From assembly GCA_934101605.1 (NCBI GenBank), contig CAKORS010000002.1, positions 1 through 33,449 of the forward strand: DNA of 33,449 bases. The letters are read 5' to 3'. Under the pieces are notes generated by a model, which saw only the letters and a program-made list of their open reading frames with translations, had not been told where the DNA came from and ran no database searches. The position numbers and the translations under genes are program-made. This document shows positions 1-7,278 of this stretch, piece after piece (the stretch's first letter is position 1; each line of letters begins with the position of its first letter). Origin of the DNA: an uncultured Bacilli bacterium (GTDB taxonomy: Bacteria > Bacillota_I > Bacilli_A > RF39 > UBA660).

Positions 1-1
1 A

Positions 2-1870
2 TACTATTTAGAAGAAAAAGAAAAACTAAAGTTTCTTAAAGAATATTCCCTAGGAGATAAAATAATAATTAATGGTATAAAAAATAAATTAACAAACAAT
101 ACACTAGAAAATACTTTTAATTATAAAAAATATTTATACTATAACAAAATATATAACTTAATAGAAATAACTAAATTAACTAAAATACAAAATAATAAAA
201 ATATATTTTATAAGTTAAAAGATTACTTATACAAAAGATCAAATAAACTATCAAAAACACACCCCTATATAAAGTCACTACTTTTAGGAGATAATAACTA
301 TATAAATATAGATATAAAAGAAACATATAAAAATAATGGAATAAGCCATTTATTTGCTATATCAGGTCTTCACATTTCACTTTTTTCATCTATACTTCTT
401 TATATATTAAAAAAACTAAAACTAAAAGAAAATACAAGATATATTATAGTAATAATGTTTTTACTACTTTATATGTTCATAACGGGATTTACCCCCTCAG
501 TAATAAGAGCCTCTATATTTACAATTTTAATAATAATTAATAAAATTAAATACTTCTATATAAAAGAAATAAATATTCTTTTATTATCACTAAGTATTAC
601 AATATTTATAAATCCTTTTATTTTATATAATATAGGATATCAATTTTCATTTATAAATACATTTTTTCTAATAATATCCTCTAATAAAATTAATAAACAA
701 AAAAACTTTATAAAAAAACTATTAACAACCTCATTAATATCTAATTTATCATCATTTCCTATAAGCATTAATAATTTTTATGAAACAAATTTTATGTCTA
801 TTATATTTAATATATTTTTTGTTCCGTTTCTATCCAATATAGTTATGCCTTTAACTATAATAAGTTTTATATTTCCACCATTTGATAAAATACTTTATAT
901 TTTTATAAATATAATGGAAAAAACAAGTATTCTATTTAATAAGATAAAGATCTTTAAAATAATATTTTGCAAAATGAGTATAATTCATATCATTATTTAT
1001 TATATTATCTTAATACTTCTAATAAAAATATCTAAAAAAAGATATCTAGTTATTCTTATATTAACATTTATACTACACTATAACAGTCCATTAAAAAATG
1101 AAGACTACATTATTTTCTTTGATGTAGAACAAGGAGATTCATCTCTTATTGTTATAGATGGAAAAACTACACTAATAGATACTGGAGGAAAGCCATCATA
1201 TGATAAGAAGGAAGAATTTAATTATTCAAAGAATAAGATATTACCATATTTAAAATCTAAAGGAATAAGAAAAATTGATAACTTAATTCTAACTCATGGA
1301 GACTATGATCATATGGGTGAAGCTATAAATATTGTGAAAAACTTTAAAGTAAATAATGTTATCTTTAACAAGGGTAATTATAACTACTTAGAAAAAAGAC
1401 TAATCAAAGTAATAAATGATAAAAATATTAAATATTACAAAGGAATAAAAGAATTAAAATTAGATAATATAAATTTATACTTTTTAAATACTGATTTATA
1501 TGATAATGAAAATGATGATTCAAATGTTTTATATTTTAAATACGAAAATACAAAATTCTTATTTATGGGAGATGCAGGAATAAATAAAGAAAAAGCTATA
1601 TTAGAAAAATATAATTTAAAAGATATTGATTTCTTAAAAGTAGGACATCATGGTTCAGATACAAGTAGTAGTGATGAATTTATAGAAAAAATCAGACCTA
1701 AAAACTCTATCATAAGTGTAGGAAAAAATAATAAATATGGACATCCAAAAAACACTGTATTAGAGATTTTAAAAGATAGCAATATCTATAGAACCGATAA
1801 AGATGGATCAATAAAAATAAAACTAAATAAAAATGGGTATAGATACAAAATTATAACTTATAAACCGTAG
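2..1870 (+). CDS. comEC: DNA internalization competence protein ComEC/Rec2 (5' end outside window)
   Basis: I translated frame 2 by hand from position 2 to 454 and found no stop (…NNGISHLFAISGLHISLFSS…), so it joins the tracked ORF 455-1870. Shows the ComEC motif GISHLxAISGLH, a polytopic hydrophobic region and C-terminal metallo-beta-lactamase motifs (FFDVEQGDS, THGDYDHMGE, GHHGS). Confidence 0.9.
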   Translation, partial: YYLEEKEKLKFLKEYSLGDKIIINGIKNKLTNNTLENTFNYKKYLYYNKIYNLIEITKLTKIQNNKNIFYKLKDYLYKRSNKLSKTHPYIKSLLLGDNNYINIDIKETYKNNGISHLFAISGLHISLFSSILLYILKKLKLKENTRYIIVIMFLLLYMFITGFTPSVIRASIFTILIIINKIKYFYIKEINILLLSLSITIFINPFILYNIGYQFSFINTFFLIISSNKINKQKNFIKKLLTTSLISNLSSFPISINNFYETNFMSIIFNIFFVPFLSNIVMPLTIISFIFPPFDKILYIFINIMEKTSILFNKIKIFKIIFCKMSIIHIIIYYIILILLIKISKKRYLVILILTFILHYNSPLKNEDYIIFFDVEQGDSSLIVIDGKTTLIDTGGKPSYDKKEEFNYSKNKILPYLKSKGIRKIDNLILTHGDYDHMGEAINIVKNFKVNNVIFNKGNYNYLEKRLIKVINDKNIKYYKGIKELKLDNINLYFLNTDLYDNENDDSNVLYFKYENTKFLFMGDAGINKEKAILEKYNLKDIDFLKVGHHGSDTSSSDEFIEKIRPKNSIISVGKNNKYGHPKNTVLEILKDSNIYRTDKDGSIKIKLNKNGYRYKIITYKP

Positions 1871-1884
1871 GAAGGAGAATGAAA

Positions 1885-2760
1885 ATGAATTATTATGAAC
1901 AAATAAAAGGCTTATTTATTAGTAATGAAGTATATAAAAAAGTAAAAGATTATAGTAAAAATAGAAGTGATATTGAAGCACAGGGTGGAGAAACAAGAGC
2001 CAAATATGGAGAGAATCTAATAAAGAAATATTCAAAAAAACTTATTATGGAATTAAATAATAAAAAGTATAGCTATAGAAATTTGCTAAATATGAGAAAG
2101 TTTTATTTATTATTTAGAGATGAAAAAGTGAACGCAATGCGTTCACAATTGAGTTGGTCTCATTATCGTGAATTATTATCTTTGAAAAATAATGATGAGA
2201 TAAAATACTATATTAATGTAGCAATTATAAACAATTTAGGATATCGAGAACTAGGAAATAGAATAAGAAATAAAGAATATGAAAGATTACCAATAAAGAC
2301 CAGAACAAAATTAATTAAAGAAGAAAAATTAGAAGTTAAAGATTTAGTTCCTAATCCTATAATAATAAAAAATAAAAATAATACAGAAGTGATACATGAA
2401 AAAGTATTATACAATTTAATATTAGAAGATATTGAATCTTTTATGAAAGGATTAGGAAATTATTTTTGTTTTGTAGGAAGTGAATATAAAATAAAAATAG
2501 GAGATAGATATAATTATATAGATTTACTTTTATATAATATAGAGTATAACTGTTATGTAGTAATAGAACTTAAAGTAACAGGATTAAAAAAAGAACATAT
2601 TGGTCAAATAGAAGTATATATGAATTATATTGATAAAAATATAAAAAAATTAAATCAAAATAAAACAATAGGAATAATAATATGTAAAAAAGAAAATAAA
2701 TTTGTTATTGAGTATTGTTCTGATGATAGAATAACAGTAAGAGAATATGAATTAATATAA
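1885..2760 (+). CDS. DUF1016/YhcG-family PDDEXK nuclease domain protein
   Basis: LSWSHYRELL motif typical of the YhcG N-domain. C-terminal PD-(D/E)xK core (YIDLLLY … VVIELK … GQIEVY). The SD AAGGAG (1872-1877) lies 7 nt before ATG 1885 but only 1 nt before ATG 1879, so 1885 is preferred. The gene starts 15 nt after the comEC stop. Confidence 0.8.
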   Translation: MNYYEQIKGLFISNEVYKKVKDYSKNRSDIEAQGGETRAKYGENLIKKYSKKLIMELNNKKYSYRNLLNMRKFYLLFRDEKVNAMRSQLSWSHYRELLSLKNNDEIKYYINVAIINNLGYRELGNRIRNKEYERLPIKTRTKLIKEEKLEVKDLVPNPIIIKNKNNTEVIHEKVLYNLILEDIESFMKGLGNYFCFVGSEYKIKIGDRYNYIDLLLYNIEYNCYVVIELKVTGLKKEHIGQIEVYMNYIDKNIKKLNQNKTIGIIICKKENKFVIEYCSDDRITVREYELI

Positions 2761-2886
2761 AAAAACTGTGAATATATTAATAAGATATTAATATACTAGA
2801 AATAGTTGATAATAAGTAACATTTATTATAAAACTACATAACATATTATTAAGACGTAAGTCGCAAGGTTTGCGTTTATATAGATC

Positions 2887-2917
2887 AAGAGTCTTTAAAA
2901 AAAGACTCTTTTTGTTT
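2887..2917 (+). terminator. Rho-independent terminator
   Basis: Perfect 10-bp stem AAGAGTCTTT / AAAGACTCTT with an AAAA loop, followed by TTTGTTT. Confidence 0.6.
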
Positions 2918-2976
2918 AAATAAAACTTTATATATAAAAACTTTAGATGTATAATAATAAGTCAAGAGGTGGTATC

Positions 2977-3897
2977 ATGTTAGATTTATTCATAGAAACT
3001 CTACAAAATAAATTTAATTATGATGAAAAAACCACAAGAGCTATAAAAAAAATCTTTCCTAGTATTATAAAGTATTATGGGAAAGAATATGAAGATATTA
3101 TAAAGAATAGTTTAAAAGAGACAAGAATAATTAGTTGTAATTCACATGAGACTATAAATATTTTAGTAAACAAATTAACAAAAATAAATATAAATAATGA
3201 AAAGTCATTAATAAAAGAAAATTTAAATTCTACAAGTGGAATATATTTATCAATTCCTATTATCAAATATGATATGTTGCTTAAAACCTATGTAATAGAA
3301 AAAACAGATAGATATATAATTTTGTCACACACATATAATCTAGATTCTGCACGAGGTTTAGCAGCATTAACTCACAATATATGTCATTTAATAAAAAGTT
3401 ATAAAAATGAATATAGCTTAAATAATAATATTTTAACAAAAAAAATAGGAATTTCTAGAGAAACATATATTATAGAAACAAGAGAAGAACAAATATATAT
3501 GGAATTACTAAAAGATGAAAATGTAGGACTAGAAGAAGGATTCACTAGTTTAGACGAAGAAGAAATATTAAAACTAATTTTAAATGATAACTATGAAACA
3601 TTTGACTATGATAACACAAAAAAAATAGCAATTTGTCTAAAACAAAAGCTAAGTTTAAAAAAGTCTATAGAAGAAGCAGAAATAAATAGCAATATCGATA
3701 CATTTATTAATACATATAGTATAGAACTATTTAGAGAACTTTCTTATTTGGCAGATTCATCAGCCTCACTAGAAGACAAAAAGAATAATTATAATATAAC
3801 AAAAGAAGATCAAATAGATATAAATAAAGAACTTAAATATATTATAGATAAATTAACACTTAATATGACAACATATCTTAAAATGAAAAAGAATTAA
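2977..3897 (+). CDS. Hypothetical protein, no family recognised
   Basis: Long ORF. The SD AGAGGTGG (2965-2972) sits 4 nt upstream of ATG 2977, so this start is preferred over the tracked 2947. No TM segment or signal peptide is evident. Contains an HNICH (HxxxH) string. The 3' end overlaps the convergent radical SAM gene by 20 nt. Confidence 0.55.
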   Translation: MLDLFIETLQNKFNYDEKTTRAIKKIFPSIIKYYGKEYEDIIKNSLKETRIISCNSHETINILVNKLTKININNEKSLIKENLNSTSGIYLSIPIIKYDMLLKTYVIEKTDRYIILSHTYNLDSARGLAALTHNICHLIKSYKNEYSLNNNILTKKIGISRETYIIETREEQIYMELLKDENVGLEEGFTSLDEEEILKLILNDNYETFDYDNTKKIAICLKQKLSLKKSIEEAEINSNIDTFINTYSIELFRELSYLADSSASLEDKKNNYNITKEDQIDINKELKYIIDKLTLNMTTYLKMKKN

Positions 3898-4768
3898 AGT
3901 CAGGAATAAAACTATCACTTTGAGTTTCTCCAATTTGAACAAAACAATTTCTTATACCAAGATCATAAGCATAATTTATAAGTTCATCATATTCATCATC
4001 AGTAACTTTTTTATTTAAATTAGAGTATGGTAGATTCCTTAAAGGAGTATATTGATTCATAATACTGATATAAATATCATCTTTATAAGTTTCATATAAG
4101 TATTTTATAATTTTTTTAGAATCTTCTAAATGTCCTGGTAACAATAAATGTCTAACAATTATGCCTTTTTTTATATAACCATCATTACTAAAGATACACT
4201 TTCCAACTTGCTTAAACATTTCATTAATAGCATTACTAGCATATTTGAAATAATCTTTAGCATTAGAATATTTTATAGCTAAAGAATCATCATAAAATTT
4301 TAAATCAGGTAAGTATACATCAATTAAACCATTTAAGAGTTTAATAGTAGAAACATTTTCATAAGAAGAAGTATTATAAATTATTGGAATACTAAGCCCT
4401 TCTTTTTTAGCTTTTTTAATTCCCTTAATAATACTAGGGACATATATAGAAGGAGTTACTAAATTAATATTTTTTGCTCCCTTTTTTTCTAATTTTAAAC
4501 AGATTTCTTTAAATTTATTAATGGAAATATAACGGCCTTTATTTTCATTACTTATTTCATAATTTTGGCAAAATATACACCCCATATTACAATTACTAAA
4601 GAATATTGCGCCACTACCACTATCACCAGATATTACAGGTTCCTCATAAAAGAATAAATCAGCATTGGCAATCTTAAGTTTATTACTAGCCTTACAAAAT
4701 CCTAAATTTGTATATCTATTAATTCCACAATTTCTAGGACATAAATTACAATTTTTATAAACATTCAT
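3878..4768 (-). CDS. Radical SAM protein, PflX-like (putative pyruvate formate-lyase activase family, COG1313-type)
   Basis: N-terminal CxxCPRxC (CNLCPRNC). CX3CX2C radical-SAM cluster motif CNMGCIFCQN. YEEPVISG and GSGAIFFSNC strings are typical of this family. SD GGTGA lies 5 nt before ATG 4768, preferred over the tracked GTG at 4780. Confidence 0.85.
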   Translation of the reverse strand: MNVYKNCNLCPRNCGINRYTNLGFCKASNKLKIANADLFFYEEPVISGDSGSGAIFFSNCNMGCIFCQNYEISNENKGRYISINKFKEICLKLEKKGAKNINLVTPSIYVPSIIKGIKKAKKEGLSIPIIYNTSSYENVSTIKLLNGLIDVYLPDLKFYDDSLAIKYSNAKDYFKYASNAINEMFKQVGKCIFSNDGYIKKGIIVRHLLLPGHLEDSKKIIKYLYETYKDDIYISIMNQYTPLRNLPYSNLNKKVTDDEYDELINYAYDLGIRNCFVQIGETQSDSFIPDFNSFSF

Positions 4769-4839
4769 ATGAATCACCACGAAATATTATATAATAAACT
4801 AGAAACTTTGTAAAAAATATAATATAATAAAAATGTAAT

Positions 4840-4914
4840 TGCCCCATAGCCAAGCGGTAAGGCATCGGACTCTGACTCCGACATTCGTTAGTTCGAATCT
4901 AACTGGGGCAGCCA
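4840..4914 (+). tRNA. tRNA-Gln (anticodon CUG)
   Basis: Cloverleaf folded by hand. Acceptor TGCCCCA/TGGGGCA, anticodon stem TCGGA/TCCGA with loop CTCTGAC, T-arm GTTAG-TTCGAAT-CTAAC, encoded CCA. Confidence 0.9.
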
Positions 4915-4925
4915 TAAAAAATAAT

Positions 4926-4956
4926 ACATTTGATTTTATAAATCAGATGTTTTTTA
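4926..4956 (+). terminator. Hairpin plus T-run after tRNA-Gln (also see the Fur-family-like palindrome finding)
   Basis: ACATTTGATTT / AAATCAGATGT stem with one G-U pair and a 3-nt loop, followed by TTTTT. Confidence 0.5.
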
Positions 4957-4985
4957 TAAAATATAATAAAAAGGAAGAAAAAAAT

Positions 4986-5732
4986 ATGATAAATGGATTA
5001 ATATTAACTTTAGTTTTAGGATTATTTATTGTAGTAGGAGCACTAATCGCTTTATTTGCTAAAAAAAGTGAAAACTTTATAACACTTGCAATAGGTATAG
5101 CATTTGGATGTTTACTTATGTTGATGATATTTGATTTAACTCCAGAAGTAATAGAAATATTTTATAGTGAGTTTAAGTTTGCCAAAGCGACTCTTATAAT
5201 AACAATATTTGTAATTATAGGTATATTAATACTAAAACTTTTAGATTTATTTATTCCAGATCATGACCATGAAGAAAAACATGAAGAAAAACACCTACAT
5301 CATATTGGAATAATATCTTCAGTAGCATTAATACTTCATAATATAATCGAAGGGATGGCAATATTTAGTGTATATAAAACAAATGGAGTATCATCATATC
5401 TATTAGGAATAGGAGTAGGACTTCATAATATACCGCTAGGAATGGTAATATCCACAATGTTTTTAAATTACAATAAAGATAAGAAAAAAACTTTACTTAT
5501 TTGTTCTTTAGTTGCTATATCCACATTTATTGGAGGTTTAATAATGTTTTTATTAAACAATATAATAAATGAAATAACACTAGGAATATTACTTTCTATA
5601 ACATTAGGAATGATAATATATATTACTTTTTTTGAATTATTTATTCATATTAAAAATGAAGGAGATAAAAAAATATCAATTATAGGAATCATAATAGGAA
5701 TTATCCTAATTGGTATATCATTATTAGTATAA
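4986..5732 (+). CDS. ZIP-family divalent metal (zinc) transporter, ZupT-like
   Basis: SD AAGGAAG precedes ATG 4986. The tracked N-terminal extension (4839-4985) overlaps the tRNA and is spurious. Multi-TM protein with a His-rich loop (PDHDHEEKHEEKHLHH) and ZIP signature strings HNIIEGMAIF and GLHNIPLGM. Confidence 0.85.
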   Translation: MINGLILTLVLGLFIVVGALIALFAKKSENFITLAIGIAFGCLLMLMIFDLTPEVIEIFYSEFKFAKATLIITIFVIIGILILKLLDLFIPDHDHEEKHEEKHLHHIGIISSVALILHNIIEGMAIFSVYKTNGVSSYLLGIGVGLHNIPLGMVISTMFLNYNKDKKKTLLICSLVAISTFIGGLIMFLLNNIINEITLGILLSITLGMIIYITFFELFIHIKNEGDKKISIIGIIIGIILIGISLLV

Positions 5733-5807
5733 TAATCAAAAATAAGGCAATAACTATAAAATAGAAATACATATTTACGTAAAAGTTAAAAAAATAATAA
5801 AATATAC

Positions 5808-5836
5808 TTGTTAAAAAAGTAAATATATACTAAAAT
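5808..5836 (+). promoter_or_regulatory. Candidate sigma-A promoter for the 5865 gene
   Basis: TTGTTA, 17 nt, TAAAAT. Such matches are common by chance in AT-rich DNA. Confidence 0.3.
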
Positions 5837-5864
5837 ATATCTATAAGATAGGAGTTGTATAAAG

Positions 5865-7109
5865 ATGAAGAATATTAAAAAAATATTATTATGTTCAACA
5901 CTAGCATTCATATTAGGGTTTGCATCAATTGCAAATGTTAATGCAAAAGCAATTATTGCTAAAACATTTGGAGGAGGTTCATGGCTTCAATCAAGCTTAG
6001 TAAGCGCTGATAATGAAGAAGAGTGCAAAGCAAAAAATGGTACATACATTGATGATGAAACAGGACATAGCTCATGTTTAGTAGGAAAAACAAATGATAT
6101 AATTACGTTGGGAACATTTACATACAATAGTGATGATAATTATATACAAGATATGGAATGTTATACACCACTAGATTTAAATTCTGATGGTAAAGTTACA
6201 GCAGATGAGCCATTACAGCTTTTACAAATGATTGTTGGTTCAATAGACTATGACCCATCAACATCTGATAAAAAAGGACTGAACAAACTATATGAAGATG
6301 TTTGTGTTAACCATAAAGACGAAGAATTATGTGCTGTAAAAGGTGGCTATTTCAATCCAAGCACAAAGAAACCAGGCACAAGTTTAGCTTTAATGGGTTT
6401 ACAAGTTGCTAATGGAACATCAACACCAACATATTTTTGTAGAGTACAATTAAAACAAAAAGAAGATGGAAGTTATTATTATCCACAATTCTGGATGAAA
6501 TATAGTTCAAATTATATGGAGCTAAATATGCCTTCAGAAACTATAAAGGCAACAGAAACAGATTTACCTTACGATAATTTCTTTTCTACCGAATTTACAG
6601 ATAAAGTCAAAATGAGAATTGATAAAGTAGGAGATAAATATGAGTTATTTATATATGATATAAATGCTAGTAAATATGATAAGGTATTGACAACTGAAAA
6701 ACCACTTACATATGCAACAATAGGGGATATAAAAAGTCAAATAGATGAAGCATTAAAATTAGGCGATGATGAATATCTATATATAAATGGATTAAACACA
6801 GGATTAAAGATTTGTAAAAAAGATAATAAAGATGATTGTTTAGGTGTATTTGTTGGCGACGATGGATATCTATATATAAATGGAAAAAGAGTTGCAGATT
6901 TAACAAAAAATGCATCATCAAAAGTTGAATGGAAAGATGAATGTTTATATATTGATGATGAAAGTAAATTCTGTAAAGGAGATACAGGGACAACATCAAA
7001 TCCTAAAACAGGAGTTGCAACTTCTATAATATTAGCTGGAACTGTTGTTATAGCAGTAACAGTAGGAACAACAATAGTTTTAAAAAGAAAATATATGAAA
7101 AACATATAA
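5865..7109 (+). CDS. Secreted Cys-rich surface protein with a C-terminal NPKTG sortase-type sorting signal
   Basis: N-terminal signal peptide (…FASIANVNA/KA). C-terminus has NPKTG, a hydrophobic stretch (VATSIILAGTVVIAVTVGTTIVL) and KRK. Ten Cys in the mature part. Dockerin/EF-hand-like loop DLNSDGKVTADE. SD AGGAG upstream. Confidence 0.8.
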   Translation: MKNIKKILLCSTLAFILGFASIANVNAKAIIAKTFGGGSWLQSSLVSADNEEECKAKNGTYIDDETGHSSCLVGKTNDIITLGTFTYNSDDNYIQDMECYTPLDLNSDGKVTADEPLQLLQMIVGSIDYDPSTSDKKGLNKLYEDVCVNHKDEELCAVKGGYFNPSTKKPGTSLALMGLQVANGTSTPTYFCRVQLKQKEDGSYYYPQFWMKYSSNYMELNMPSETIKATETDLPYDNFFSTEFTDKVKMRIDKVGDKYELFIYDINASKYDKVLTTEKPLTYATIGDIKSQIDEALKLGDDEYLYINGLNTGLKICKKDNKDDCLGVFVGDDGYLYINGKRVADLTKNASSKVEWKDECLYIDDESKFCKGDTGTTSNPKTGVATSIILAGTVVIAVTVGTTIVLKRKYMKNI

Positions 7110-7115
7110 AATACG

Positions 7116-7154
7116 AACCTCGTTTCTTGAATAAAATAGAAACGAGGTTTTTAT
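7116..7154 (+). terminator. Rho-independent terminator
   Basis: AACCTCGTTTC / GAAACGAGGTT stem followed by TTTT. Confidence 0.7.
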
Positions 7155-7180
7155 ATGTCAAATTGAAATTATGAAAATAA

Positions 7181-7228
7181 ACAAAATTAAAAGGACTGTT
7201 ACCCGTAAATTATAGATAACAATCCTTT
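7181..7228 (-). terminator. Probable terminator of rnc
   Basis: On the minus strand, AAAGGATTGTTA … TAACAGTCCTTT (12-bp stem with 1 mismatch and a 15-nt loop), followed by TTAATTTTGT. Confidence 0.45.
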
Positions 7229-7278
7229 AACTATTTATAAATTGACCAACTTTTTTTGGGTTTATATCAGTTAAGTGA

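Noticed and set aside
2208-2414. Short antisense ORFs listed in the track: 2208-2414, 3075-3266, 8453-8779, 10662-10937, 10666-10875, 11208-11465, 11912-12157, 12222-12485, 12486-12683, 12852-13095, 14582-14770, 16302-16550, 18363-18590, 23204-23611, 23662-23868, 23853-24278, 24461-24781, 25125-25397, 25487-25708, 27323-27514, 28570-28755, 29573-29764, 30398-30700, 31087-31272 and 32743-32958.
   Set aside because: All lie opposite, or largely opposite, confidently identified genes. They encode Leu/Phe/Ile/Ser-rich low-complexity products and lack RBSs.
2771-2799. The AT-only palindrome TATATTAAT-AAG-ATTAATATA just after the nuclease stop.
   Set aside because: It is a 9-bp all-A/T stem with no T-run. 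Such palindromes are expected frequently at this base composition.
3878-4768. The radical SAM gene as a viperin-like or other antiviral defence enzyme, next to the PDDEXK nuclease.
   Set aside because: The sequence features (CxxCPRxC N-terminus, YEEPVISG, GSGxIFFSxCN…C…CQN) fit the widespread PflX/COG1313 activase-like family rather than viperins. It is on the opposite strand and is not operonic with the nuclease.
4839-4985. The N-terminal 49 codons of tracked ORF 4839-5732.
   Set aside because: This stretch is the tRNA-Gln gene and its terminator read as protein. The real ZIP transporter start is ATG 4986, which has an SD.
6706-7105. Two overlapping minus-strand ORFs (97 and 122 aa) opposite the 3' end of the 5865-7109 gene.
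   Set aside because: They are antisense to a well-supported CDS that has a signal peptide and a sorting signal. They have no RBS, and their products are low-complexity.
7171-7215. A 14-codon mini-ORF (MKINKIKRTVTRKL) in the convergent intergenic region.
   Set aside because: There is no SD, and it overlaps the left arm of the probable rnc terminator. Such mini-ORFs are expected by chance.
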